A DNA stretch of 64,000 nt from Macrostomum lignano. Lineage: Eukaryota. A program made the position numbers and the translations under genes. How positions within the stretch are numbered: the stretch's first letter is position 1; each line of letters begins with the position of its first letter. The DNA is taken from the NCBI GenBank assembly GCA_002269645.1, contig NIVC01000769.1:186001-250000 (forward strand), given 5' to 3'. Shown one piece after another: positions 25,860 to 38,464 of the stretch. The notes beneath the pieces were generated by a model. It made no database searches. It was not told the origin of the DNA and saw only the letters and a program-made list of their open reading frames with translations.

Positions 25860-28032
25860 CGAAAGTATACGAGAGACGAGACGCAGCCCCCCTCAGCGGT
25901 TTGTCGACTATGCAGTGTTTTGGCTATTTTTAGTCGCCCTTTTCTGAGAAGCCAGCTCCAACCGGGGGATGCTGCGGGACCTGCAGCTTCATCTCGCGGG
26001 CCATATTTAGTTAAAGAAATGCCGTTTTAGAAGCGACCTCGCGTGCCCTCTATTTAGCCAGACTTTGCGAAGGATTTTTAGAGAAGCGGGAGAACAGGAG
26101 CGATAGCCTCCTTATGAACAGAAATAGACGAGCTAAAAAAAGTAACTGGGCGCACTTTTTGTGCAACGATCCCTATTAATAATTCCTTGATAATTTGTTT
26201 TGGAAATCTGTCCCATTAAGCCAGGCAGGCATAATAAAACAACCCCCCCCCGGGTTCCATTCTTTCATTACCGGGCGGCCCTAAATTTCCCATGAGCACG
26301 ATCGGGAATGTAAAAAATTGCAAAGCCGACGAGAGAGAATCGCTGAATGGGGAGGCCCAATACCATTAGCTGTAAACTGTATACTGGAGCTGGGGAGAAT
26401 CGACTCCCAAAATAGACGTCGGAATCTGCTGTTTGAGCTCAAAATAGACACCTGCCAGCTTCTTCGAGTACTGATTTCTAAAAAAACTGGAGCCTATTGT
26501 TTATCGCAGCTAGTCTCGCTGTACTCAGAGAGATCAAAACAAGCACAGGGAGATCAAATTTGCCAATGGTTGATCAGAAATGCTATACTACTGTATTGAA
26601 CTGAACAGCACACACAGTGCGTGGGCTCTGTCAATAGAAACATTGCTTTATAGCGACAGTTGGCCTGGCAACAAGAACATGTCATTTTTTCACGGCCGCG
26701 TACATACAGCCGCGTAGATTCCTTCCATTTCCTGTTCCCCAAGCCTGTATGGTACGACATTAGCTGTGCTATTTTTGCCCCTCCGTTGCAATATAAATCT
26801 GTACTTCTCGGCCCTATTCTTATCCGTAACTTGTAGGCGTGTGGAGCGGCCAGAACTGCGCTCGTACTCAAGAATAGGGAGGCCAAGCGGCGAGAACTGC
26901 GCTCGTACTCAAGAATAGGGAGGCCAAGCGGCCAGAACTGCGCTCGTACTCAAGAATAGGGAGGCCAAGCGGCCAGAACTGCGCTCGTATTCAAGAATAG
27001 GGAGGCCAAGCGGCCAGAACTGCGCTCGTATTCAAGAATAGAGAGGCCAAGCGGCCAGAACTGCGCTCGTACTCAAGAATAGGGAGGCCAAGCGGCCAGA
27101 ACTGCGCTCGTACTCAAGAATAGGGAGGCCAAGCGGCCAGAACTGCGCTCGTATTCAAGAATAGGGAGGCCAAGCGGCCAGAACTGCGCTCGTATTCAAG
27201 AATAGAGAGGCCAAGCGGCCAGAACTGCGCTCGTACTCAAGAATAGGGAGGCCAAGCGGCGAGAACTGCGCTCGTACTCAAGAATAGGGAGGCCAAGCGG
27301 CCAGAACTGCGCTCGTACTCAAGAATAGGGAGGCCAAGCGGCCAGAACTGCGCTCGTATTCAAGAATAGGGAGGCCAAGCGGCCAGAACTGCGCTCGTAC
27401 TCAAGAATAGGGAGGCCAAGCGGCCAGAACTGCGCTCGTATTCAAGAATAGGGAGGCCAAGCGGCCAGAACTGCGCTCGTACTCAAGAATAGGGAGGCCA
27501 AGCGGCCAGAACTGCGCTCGTATTCAAGAATAGGGAGGCCAAGCGGCCAGAACTGCGCTCGTACTCAAGAATAGGGAGGCCAAGCGGCCAGAACTGCGCT
27601 CGTATTCAAGAATAGAGAGGCCAAGCGGCCAGAACTGCGCTCGTACTCAAGAATAGGGAGGCCAAGCGGCCAGAACTGCGCTCGTACTCAAGAATAGGGA
27701 GGCCAAGCGGCCAGAACTGCGCTCGTACTCAAGAATAGGTAGGCCAAGCAAGCAGGGGGTCGCTAGCACCTCACCACAGTGATGAAGCCTTCCCGCAGCT
27801 CCTGGTGCATCAGGCTCCTGCGCTCGGCTGCGGGCCTGTCGCGATGCGGCGAATAAGCGATCTGCGGGATTGGGATTACACGGGTTGCTATGGAAACACC
27901 CGCCTCGTTGCCAAGTTGCCAAAAAGCAGATATTAAATCAGGATAAACTCTTACCGGATTATCTTCGGCTAATTGTTTCAACAAATCGTCGTGTTGAAAT
28001 TTGCGCCACTGATCTGGCACAACCTTCGGCAT
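18967..28032 (-). CDS. CBFB: Core-binding factor beta subunit (Runx cofactor, Brother-like) with low-complexity C-terminal extension, 275 aa
   Basis: Exons 28032-27955 (78 nt, MPKVVPDQ..), 27861-27775 (87 nt), 25395-25276 (120 nt), 20640-20524 (117 nt, IRLKSRFILNGVCVQWQGYMD..FDADRAE), 19392-18967. All junctions are phase 0 GT-AG, and exon sizes mirror vertebrate CBFB (78/87/117/117). Confidence 0.93.
19525..20160. repeat. G-rich compound minisatellite (CBFB intron 4)
   Basis: Successive 31-bp and 15-bp units rich in GGGG runs. Confidence 0.9.
21295..21560. repeat. 20-bp minisatellite
   Basis: Unit CCAATGTCCAATTCGGCACC, about 12 diverged copies. Confidence 0.9.
22638..22892 (-). pseudogene. 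Degenerate BED zinc-finger-like fragment (hAT-type transposase N-terminus?)
   Basis: KRQRRSACTVWYYFT..TKCESS..GT..LWSRL resembles the BED pattern S.VW.YF..C..C..GT..L..HL, but the second Cys and the His are substituted. Confidence 0.35.
24228..25130. repeat. 13-15-bp C-rich minisatellite (CBFB intron 3)
   Basis: GTCTGACT followed by a variable C run, about 60 copies. Confidence 0.95.
25806..25852. repeat. (GA)n microsatellite
   Basis: GA repeat. Confidence 0.95.
26846..27747. repeat. 41-bp minisatellite (CBFB intron 2)
   Basis: Unit GGCCAGAACTGCGCTCGTACTCAAGAATAGGGAGGCCAAGC, about 22 copies, ending about 27 nt from the exon-2 donor. Confidence 0.97.
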
Positions 28033-28740
28033 GCCGGGCCTTAGAAGCTTTAGCAGTGAGCTTAAAACAGGTTCAATATCACGCATTATTGGCGCATTGA
28101 ATGCCTTTCCCGTTCGGCCCTTGGCTCGGGCGTCTTCGGTCTGCAACTGGGAGCGGTGCTCGTCTCTAAATCGGTGGATTCTCCTGCCAATTCTAGTCAC
28201 GGTTTTATATAGGCTGAACCCTTTCAGAAAGTGTGTGGAATTGGTTAAGAGGAGCAGGGGCTTCCCCCGGGGTAAGCTGCCCGCTGATTCGCTGGGCGGA
28301 TTCTCGGCGGCCAAATATGGCTATTGGATTCCCGTGTGCTATTTTTAGCATGCCGTGCACCTCCCCGGGCCGCCCCAGCCATTTACATATCTATGCATAC
28401 GAATAGACTAGCTTGTGATATTCCACAATAGGGATTCGCCAGTGGAAGGGGAGGCAGGGGATGAGATGTGAGCGGTCGGTACTCTCCAGTCAAATAGGCT
28501 ACTCTTGTGGGCAGAGAAGAGAGTGAAGTACACTTATCCGCCCACCTGACGGGGAGTAAAGGAAATAAGGTGATTGAAATGGGAATTAATTAATCGTTGA
28601 AAACATACAAATTTGGTCTGGCCCTAAATAATTGATTCAGGAAGCTTTGAATATCGGCCTAAGCAATAATCACACAGAATAATTTGTTATTATTTGGGGA
28701 TACTCGTTGTGAAGACACCCTGGGTTAGGTGAGTTTCCCA

Positions 28741-29227
28741 GTAGGGGATTCCTGGGTCGAGCGATTTCTCAGTAGGGGATTCCTGGGTCTGGCGATTTCT
28801 CAGTAGGGGATTCCTGGGTCGGGCGATTTCTCAGTAGGGGATTCCTGGGTCTGGCGATTTCTCAGTAGGGGATTCCTGGGTCGGGCGATTTCTCAGTAGG
28901 GGATTTCTGGGTTTGGCGATTTCTCAGTAGGGGATTCCTGGGTCTGGCGATTTCTCAGTAGGGGATTCCTGGGTCTGGCGATTTCTCAGTAGGAGATTCC
29001 TGGGTCTGGCGATTTCTCAGTAGGGGATTCCTGGGTCTGGCGATTTCTCAGTAGGGGATTCCTGGGTCTGGCGATTTCTCAGTAGGGGATTCCTGGGTCG
29101 GGCGATTTCTCAGTAGGGGATTTCTGGGTTTGGCGATTTCTCAGTAGGAGATTCCTGGGTCTGGCGATTTCTCAGTAGGGGATTCCTGGGTCTGGCGATT
29201 TCTCAGTAGGGGATTCCTGGGTCTGGC
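28741..29227. repeat. 31-bp minisatellite
   Basis: Unit GTAGGGGATTCCTGGGTCTGGCGATTTCTCA, about 16 copies. Confidence 0.96.
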
Positions 29228-29950
29228 ATTTCATTTAGTCCAAATGTCTCATCAGGTGAGCGCCCCTTCCAGTGAGGAAGTTCTTCTTGAGATGCAATTT
29301 TTGTCAGGTGAGTTGGGGTGCAGAGATTCTCTACGCAATGGACGTGTAGCTTAATTTCGTGAAATCCTTTACGCAACCCCCTCTAATTTAGAGGACTGTC
29401 GCTGGCCTGCATTCCAGACAGATGGCCCAGTGCAGCGGGCTTGTTAATCTAAGAATATCTCGTGTCAGTCGTGCGTCAGCGGGCGTGAATCGGGATTGAT
29501 TTCAATCCGGCTAGGGGACTCCAGAGATAAAACTTGGAGAGGCAGAATTTTTTCTGTACAAAGTTGAACAACTCCTACCCGACTAAAGATTCCTAATAAT
29601 ACAAGCCAGAATGCCAGACTTGCAGATCGCATGCGTGCCAACAGCTTGGAAATTTTAGGGAAAATTCCGGAAAAAAGCCAAGAACAGAGATAAGCCTTAC
29701 CGATCCAAGCGCTCCTTCTAAGGACTCCTTGGCCCAGCGCTGCGGTGTGCAGGGGGGGGTGGCTGCGAGTTCCTGACGGCCGGTTAATTAACACGAGCCC
29801 AGTACAACTTATTCGCTCGTTAAAATAGATTTGACCGCTAGTAGTGGTGGGCGGGTTCTGGGGGAATCAGATGACGCAAATCTGAGCTAACTGCTTTTTT
29901 TATCGATGTGGCAAAGCCTTTCATTGGGGAGGGGGCGACTTTGCGCAGAG

Positions 29951-30866
29951 GGCGCCATTTGATTTGAGTGAGCGCCATTTGATTTGAGTGAGCGCCATTT
30001 GATTTGAGTGAGCGCCATTTGATTTGAGTGAGCGCCATTTGATTTGAGTGAGCGCCATTTGATTTGAGTGAGCGCCATTTGATTTGAGTGAGCGCCATTT
30101 GATTTGAGTGAGCGCCATTTGATTTGAAACGGGTGCCATTTGATTTGAGTGAGCGCCATTTGATTTGAAACGGGTGCCATTTGATTTGAGTGAGCGCCAT
30201 TTGATTTGAGTGAGCGCCATTTGATTTGAGTGAGCGCCATTTGATTTGAGTGAGCGCCATTTGATTTGAGTGAGCGCCATTTGATTTGAGTGAGCGCCAT
30301 TTGATTTAAGTGAGCGCCATTTGATTTGAAACGGGTGCCATTTGATTTGAGTGAGCGCCATTTGATTTGAGTGGGCGCCATTTGATTTGAAACGGGTGCC
30401 ATTTGATTTGAGTGAGCGCTATTTGATTTGAGTGAGCGCCATTTGATTTGAGTGGGCGCCATTTGATTTGATTGAACACCATTTGATTTGAAACGGGTGC
30501 CATTTGATTTGAGTGTGCGCCATTTGATTTGAGTGAGCGCCATTTGATTTGAGTGGGTGCCATTTGATTTGAAACGGGTTCCATTTGATCTTAATTGGCA
30601 CCATTTGACTTGAAACGGGTGCCATTTGATTTGATTAGACACCATTTGATTTGAAACAAGTGCCATTTGATTTGATTAGGCACCATTTGATTTGAAACGG
30701 GTGCCATTTGATGAGTGAGCACCATTTGATTTCAGTGGGCGCCATTTGATTTCAGTAAGCGCCATTTGATTTCAGTGGGCCCCATTTGACTTGAAACGGG
30801 TGCCATTTGATTTCAGTGGGCCCCATTTGATTTGAAACGGGTGCCATTTGATTTGAGTTGGCACCA
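29951..30866. repeat. 20-bp minisatellite
   Basis: Unit GCGCCATTTGATTTGAGTGA, with a 21-bp variant containing AAACGGGT, about 45 copies. Confidence 0.96.
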
Positions 30867-31499
30867 AAGTCACTGCAAGAGCCAATTAGGAAAGGAACGT
30901 AGATGTAAGAAGAAGACAATTTTTGCAATATATTGTTACTAAGCCAGGGACTCTGCGTGGCACGATCTGGATTGTACAGCGGAGCAGTTATTTTGCTTTT
31001 TTTGTTGATTTTAAGTAAACAGTTTTCACAATTTTAACGATTGATTAAAAAACTGAATTCTCCCCTTTTTCCTGGGAATTCCCTGCGTCCTCTTTAGCAC
31101 GCGAAAATCAACCAGGCCTGAAGTACCAATTGTTTAAAAATAGATTTTTAGCTGCTCCGCTCCATTCAATCCGCAATCTCTTTCAGCCTATTGAGCACTT
31201 GAACTGTGCAGATGTTCAGCTATTTATTGAGCAGCTCGCGGCCCACGCGTTGAGAGCCCCCTTCACCCAGTTCACCGCTCCAGATTAGGTAATCGAAAAC
31301 AACACAAAATCAAAGCACCCGGACTCCATCTCTTTCAAATTCGGGATGACAAAGCCCAAGAGGTGTTTGCGTGCACTTCACCCCCCCCCCCACGCAAGTT
31401 GACCCCAGATTTCTCAGTGACAGGAGAAGGTTAGGAAAAGGAGCTGCACCTCATCTTCAACACTTGCATGCGAGGCTTACATTCTTTTTGTCTTCGACC

Positions 31500-31955
31500 T
31501 TTGACCTCTGTCTGACTGAATACTGACTGAAATCTGACTGGGGATTGACTGGAATCTGACTGGAGACTGACTGGAATATGACTGGGGATTGACTGGAATC
31601 TGACTGGAGACTGACTGGAATATGACTGGGGATTGACTGGAATCTGACTGGAATCTGACTGGAGACTGACTGGAATCTGACTGGAATCTGACTGTAATCT
31701 GACTGGAGACTGACTGGAATCTGACTGGAATCTGACTGGAATCTGACTGTAATCTGACTGGAGACTGACTGGAATCTGACTGGAATCTGACTGTAATCTG
31801 ACTGGAGACTGACTGGAATCTGACTGGAATCTGACTGGAATCTGACTGGAGACTGACTGGAATCTGACTGGAATCTGACTGGAGACTGACTAGAATCTGA
31901 CTGGAATCTGACTGGAGACTGACTGGAATCTGACTGGAATCTGACTGGAATCTGA
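31500..31955. repeat. 11-bp minisatellite
   Basis: Unit TGACTGGAATC and variants. Confidence 0.95.
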
Positions 31956-34900
31956 TTGAAATTAAAATGAATTTGCACACTTATTTCTGTTCGGTTAACA
32001 TAAATATTAACCAGTTAATTCAATCGCCTATCACTCGATCTAAAAGGCAACGACTTTATGGCTGATTCACACTGCCATCAAATCACATGACCGATGTAAA
32101 ATGAAAGTTGAAGTACGAGTCGTGTGATCACAAGACTTTATTTGGCCCAGTTTGATAGCGGCGAGAACGAGCCTTCATGAGATACGAAGACCGATCAGAA
32201 TAACTATAACTAATTCGTACAACTAATTCAGAAAAACTGCTGAAGCCCTGCTGTTTCTCATCTGTCTATTTTTGGCACCAAGACTATCTTTCAATAAAAG
32301 CAACGGAATTACTAAAAGTAGGCACAAGCGGAAATAAAGCAAACGGTTTAATAACCTGGTTTAATAACGGTTTAATAACGGTTTAATAACGGTTCAATTA
32401 ACCTGGAAATTAAATACCGTATAGACCGTATAAACCTTTAAGCAACAGAAAACTATTCAAAAATAAAAATCCACTCATCATCATTACTTTCCAAGGGCAG
32501 TAAGGCTCAGCTAGACTTCCCATCGACAAGTAACTGGCTGCAATCGAAGGACGCTGCACTCGGTTTTCTTAGAAATGAGCTTGTCGTATCGCTACATATG
32601 TCTAGTGTACCGTGTAGTGCACAAATGTAGTGCATTTAGTTTTATTCTTTTCTCGGTCTTTCTCGACCGAATTTGTCTATGGCAAAACGCCACTCAGCGC
32701 TATGCGGTCTCTAGAGCACAGTGAATTCACTACTAGCCGTGCGAAAAATAAGCGTTCCTTACCGCACCGGCCTCCAGAAAATTTCTAAGAAAATCGAGTA
32801 AGGCGTCCTTCTAGTGCAGCTGTTCATGTACACTCCCTAAATTTAACCCTCCCCCATTTACGAGTTTAAAGATTTCGCTGTATACCTGGCTACTGTCAGT
32901 AGTAAAGACGGTCTCTGACTGTTTTTACCCTGGCTGCCTCTCTGGCGGCATTTCTCGGGTTGTGCGCTCTCGCTAGCCCAATCCGAAAGTGTCCTCACCG
33001 GAGGTGATGTACACAGCTAAAAATACCCCTTCTTATTTCGTGCATTCCAATTAGTTTTTCGGCCCTCGGCCTTGGTTTAGGGGGTGTACCTGGAGTGAGT
33101 GCGTACTCTGGACTGCAGTGTGGCTAGAACGGGACTTGAGCCCCCCCGGTCGTACCCGCCCTGCAGGAAAGAATGACCATTCACAAAGGTGTTACGGTAG
33201 AGCCCAGTTGATGCCAGCCCTGAGGCTGAGCCGCGGGTTTAGGGTTCAGGTGCTCCTCCCTATGCTTTGTGTTTTAAACTTTGTGTTTTTATCTCAATGT
33301 AAGGCCGCTCCAAATTTTCGGAGTTATGAGCTCTGCCCTCCCTGCCCGGTCCATCTTGCTCTGTCCTTGGTCCATCTGCTGGCTCCTCTGGTTGTCTCCC
33401 TGCCCTTGTGTCTCGGCTCTCATCCCGACAGTGGACTGGAGTCCTGGGGTTGATGTTCGTCCCGAATCGGGGATACCGGCTGAGTCCGGGTCCTCTTGCT
33501 CCTTGTGCCCCTTCCCGACCCCTTGGCCTGGCCTCCAATCTTTGAGCTGGGTAGTGAAAAAGCCTTGAGGCTCGCAGCCTATAGGAGGTTCCGCCATTCC
33601 ATCCTAGCTCTAATCCGCCTCCTGATAGGGGACTCGCCCTTGGTAAATAATCTGCCCAGACTCACTCCAAAATTAAGCCATTTCCGAGACTTCTGGGTCT
33701 CCCCGCTCTCGGACCGATTGTCAGTAGTATCCCAAACAGTTTTTCCAATTCTTTTTTCGCGCACTCCCGGGATTTGTCTGCTGGGTGGTGTCTTGGGTGG
33801 ACTCGGTCCTAGCACCGTCCCTGATTCCACTTTTGGGTTGGTGGTGTCTTAGTCCATAGGCTTGGGTTAGTAGCTACTTTCCCCTGGCCCAGACGTCAGG
33901 GCCCAACCCGGGGTATCTCGGGCTATACGCCCCTGGTAGTGCCCCTCAGCGGCAGAGCCCCTCTCCGGGCTGATCCGCGGGTAGCCCAGCTTCCCACCCC
34001 CGTTTAGCAACAACAAAGACGAGTAATCCAAGTTGGTTCATTATTTTTTATGCAAACAAATAGATACGCGTAGTTACGTAGTGCATTTATGGCAACATCC
34101 TATTCAACAATAAAAAACTGTGCTTTCTACGCTCGTATTCGCGCTACGCAGATGGTAGAGAAGACCTGTTCCAAACAACTTTCAATTACTTGCTTCAGCG
34201 AATAAGATACCGAACAGCTTGAACTTGAATATTCATTCTTGAACTAAACCCGCTAAATGCAGTCTACAGAAGAGGATCTGATCCTCTGTTCAGCGATTTA
34301 AAACTGCGCAGTTTAGCCAACCAGCCCTTCTCCCTATTGTCAGAGCTGCAGGTTCCCACTCCAGAGCCAGGAATAGCTGTGTACAAGTAGATGGCGCATC
34401 CGGCATCCTGGAAGCCACTTCCTGCGACTTGGAAGCGACGCAATATTATTGTATGGCGCTTCTAAGCACTACTAGGTGCATTGTATTGAATGCTAGCCTT
34501 TATGGGCTCAGTCGTCTGGAGAGGAACTAAAGGAACTAACTAAGAGGGATTTCGACTTACTAATTATTCTACTGTCGCTTTATTGGGAAAGCTTTGGGAA
34601 GTACTGGCATGTCAGAACCCCCAGTAGCAAATGATTCCGCTTGCTTCGATGCTGCAGTGCACGCGTGGAACGGATTGCAATTGACCTGAGACGTGTAATC
34701 GGCGAGAGTCCCGCTAAAAAACCTGTGAAGTAACCATGGCTTCTAGATGAACGACTTAACTTCTCCTGGTCTTTGCGCAGAGTTGGTGTGCACCTGCACT
34801 GCATGCTGTCTCAGACTTGCATGCAGAAATACGATTCTACGGTCGTAAATTTGGTTTGTCTATCTCAGATGCACACTGTTATTGCAAAGTAAACCTGACA

Positions 34901-35308
34901 AAACGTTTTGATTCCAGAAATGAGGAGTAGTCAGCCTTTACAGAGTGTTTTTGTAAGACATACTCGTAGTTTTGATCCGACCTACCGTGGACGTGGAATA
35001 CATGTAGTTTTAATGCAGCATTGCGGTTTGAAATCTACATAGAAAGTGCAGCACAGAAATACAGTGTGCACTTATCTACTGGCTGCAGCTTCAATCGAAG
35101 TAACTTTGCAGCAGGGGAATTGAAGAGGCCCAATATAATTCTCCCCTCTCTAGACGCCTGTCATTGGCTGAACCTCGACAATACAGTTTTAAGGCTAAGC
35201 ATAGCCGCCAAATCCAATACATCATGATGCTGGAGAACTCAATTGGAAGCTTCCGCGCATTCAGCTTCGTAACTGACGCTTCCGAGCCCGAAGCTAGACT
35301 CTGACGAA

Positions 35309-38300
35309 ATGGGCTGGTTCACAACTGTCCGAGCGCTGCTTGTTCGCGCCCTGTTCGCCACCCACGGCATTGTGACCATAGCCTACCTTCACCGGCAGAC
35401 CCGCAAGCCGCAGTACTGGTACCTGGCCGCCTCAGTGGCCGGTCTGCTGCTGGAGTCCATCGTCACCTTTGGGGCCAATCGAGGTCGAGAGTGGAAGTGG
35501 TGAGTCACCTGAAGCATGGAGAGTGGAATGCTGTTTACCATTTAGGAAGCTGGCGTCTAGTTTCATGAAGTGTCATTTCCTCATCTCAAAAGTCTCATCT
35601 CATATCTAAGAAAATCAATATAAAATCGAATTTGTAATCTCCACAGGGTTGGGAAAATATCCCGGTAAATCTGAACACAACCGAGCTAAAACAGCTAATT
35701 TTTGTGCACGCACTGCCTGTTTGTATTAATGGCCGTTCGCAGAAAGATCACTGAACTGACTGAAGAGTATTTGTGTACTGTAGTGGCTCGTACAAGCTGC
35801 CCAGTTGGAGGCAAATCTGGACTATTTGGAGGTTGGGCAGGGACGACTGGCAAGAGCTAAATCCCAATCTTTCAATCTTTCCCAATGCCCCTAACCGCAG
35901 AGTTCTTGAGAGCGTCATTAATTGTTCTCAGCTTCCTGCAACAATGCGATATTGAAGCCCTGGTCTGCCGACTGCGCTACCAAAAAATCTATATAGAAAA
36001 CCGGCTTTGCTCGCTTCATTTGGCGGCTGATCGATCGCTGTTTGATCCCGCTCTGGGGCTCTCGAGCCGGGGACGCAGGGATATCGCAGATGGGATATTG
36101 CCACAGGGAGCAGCACACACACTAGGAGCCAGAGAGGAGCCTAAATGTGCTGCCTCAATCCGGAGTCGCCACAAAGCGGCTAATTGACCTGCAGCCGCCG
36201 CGAGGCCGCCCTCCATCCACAATTCCGCCCTCCGGAACCAATCTAATTCCCAAGCTGGTGCGCCGCTCCGGCTGCCGAGATTATCTCAGTGGAGTTCTAA
36301 TGTATCTTTTATACCCTTCCCTTCACGGAGTTGAGGGCTATTGCCGATGTCAGACCGCAAGGCATAAACAATGACCCCTATCTATAAAGCCAACTTGAGG
36401 TCTATTGTGTCTGGCTTAGCTACAGAGTCCATAGTCGACTGAGTTCAGTCGCTGCCAAAACGATATTCGTTAGCTCAACCATCACAGATGCCCCGGTTTA
36501 CCTATTGTGACGTGGTGCAGCATGCATGTTTCGGGAGACATCGTTTTTGGCAGGAAGCAACGCGTGCGTGAGTGCAGCGTGCCATTTTGATGACAATCGT
36601 CTGTCTGACACTGCAAGGATGGTAATTCGATTATATCCGATTGTCAGCATAGAGCCATAGTAATGGGAGAGACATACGAACTGAAACTGCAATGATGAGT
36701 TGCTTTAATTTGTCAATCAATAATCTTACTGGTCTGTATATTTATTTATTACGCCATAAATAAACAAATAAATTTAGTAAACAGTTTTAAAATGGAGAAA
36801 ATGATTGCAAAACCAGAGAAGAAAAGTACATGTATAAATTATAAATTCAGCTTTGTTCTGCATTCCAGTTAGGAGCCAACAGCGCAAACACGTGTCCCTA
36901 GGGGTTCTCAAGTCCTTAATGCATAACTGGGTAGGTACGTTTACAGTAAGTGAAGTCAGGAAAGGGTCAATCTCCAGTATGTATCGGAAATAATAATCTA
37001 CTCTACTGGGGTAAGTGAAAAGTAGACGAAAATAAAAGAAGACTGTGATTCAAATCAAAGGTATGTTTAATTCCGGCTCATCCTAATGAAGTGGAGTTGC
37101 ATTTCTGGCACTACTTGCTTGGCTCAGTCGCATTCAGAGCTGCGACGAGGTACCAGCTACTATGCACCTCGAAGAGATGAAGAAGGCTCCCGTGATGGGT
37201 TCTTATTGCCCTCAAATCCTGTGAAAAACATCAACTGCAATAATTTTACAGGTTTTGTCCGTACGCATTTTTTTACTTGCTGATCACTGTGCCGGCCACC
37301 TGGTTCCTGGAATTGGAACTGGTCGAGTGGCGAATCGAGTGCAACAACACTTACAAGACTACGGACGATATGGTGTGTCAAGCCAAGCGAATGGGCAATG
37401 TGTCAGTGATAGTGAGTTTCATTGAACTAGCTGTTTCAGATACAGTGCGGCCGATGAGCCAGGTTTTATGATTTTACTTGCAAGTTATAATTTGCCTATC
37501 TCTATGTTTCACCGCTTAGAAGAATACACCACACGAGCTGGATTTCCTGGAGACGCAGAACTTTGAGCAAACAATCCGGCGTCTTGAGCAACTGCTGCTT
37601 CTACTGCTGATCTTGGGCCGCTGGATGCTGCCCAAGGGCAAACTGACGCACGATCAGCTGTCTCAGCTTCTGCTGGTCTACATCGGCACCGCAGCCGATA
37701 TTGTCGAATTCTTCGAGGCTTTCAAAGAGGAAGCCGTGAAGCGGGATCGCAACCTCATCAAGCTGATCCTCAGCATCTGGACTTGGTCGCTGTTGCAGTT
37801 CGTGCTGGTGGTGACGGCGCAGCGGGCTACCAAGCAGCGCCAGCCGGATAAGCCACTGTCCGCCTCGGCAGAGGCCGCAGCCGCTGTGGCCGCCACGGAT
37901 CCTGATCAGGCCTACTGCGTGTGCACACCCGACGTTCTTGGTATAGTGATGTCCATGATGCTGCAGGACCTGCCCTACCTGATCATCCGTCTCTACATGA
38001 TGTTTAACTACAACACCACCAGCTATACGAATGTGTTCTTCACGCTGAAGAATTCCCTCGTGTGTAGCCTGCTCACCTACCGGCTGTGGGTTATCTACTC
38101 CACCCGCTTCCGCCTAATCAGCAAGGCACGACGGATACGGCGAGCGGCGCGTAACTTTGATTTGATGGCTGCCGCCGAGGCCGAAGGCGAGTCTGGCAGC
38201 GGCCCAACCGCCTTCAGGATGCGACGCCTTCTCCAGCAGCGTCGAGCAGCCGGTCACGGCCACTTGGTGGCCTCCCGGTCCCTGGCCTTCGATCCATCAC

Positions 38301-38464
38301 CCACGTCTACTCTGAAGGGCGAGAGCTCTTCGCAGAGAGCTGCAGCGACCATGGCTGCGGATGCCGAGATGGTGGTGGCTGCTGAAGCCGAAGACAAGTT
38401 CCGTCTGGTGCGGCCAAAGTCGGCGCCGATTCAACTGGCCGAACCGGAGGACGAAGAAATTTAA
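35309..38464 (+). CDS. TMEM26: Transmembrane protein 26, 431 aa
   Basis: Exons 35309-35499, 37252-37411, 37520-38464. Motifs VRALFATHG, RGREWKWFCP, GRWMLPKGKLTHDQLSQLLLVYIGTAADIVEF, IWTWSLLQF and QDLPYLIIRL match the TMEM26 family. Confidence 0.92.

Noticed and set aside
27763-28314. 183-aa ORF as a single-exon gene
   Set aside because: It is CBFB exons 1-2 read through a 93-nt in-frame intron (27954-27862) with canonical GT-AG at the conserved position.
26846-29227. CRISPR-like regular arrays (41-bp and 31-bp units)
   Set aside because: The units are contiguous with no unique spacers, there are no cas genes, and the context is eukaryotic.
24202-31980. Long repetitive ORFs at 24202-25231, 29838-30666 and 31457-31980
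   Set aside because: All coincide with tandem arrays, as do those at 11377-11924 and 54255-54956.
35773-36374. Cluster of ORFs in TMEM26 intron 1 as a nested gene or LINE zinc finger
   Set aside because: There is no convincing CCHC or RT motif and no consistent splice structure.
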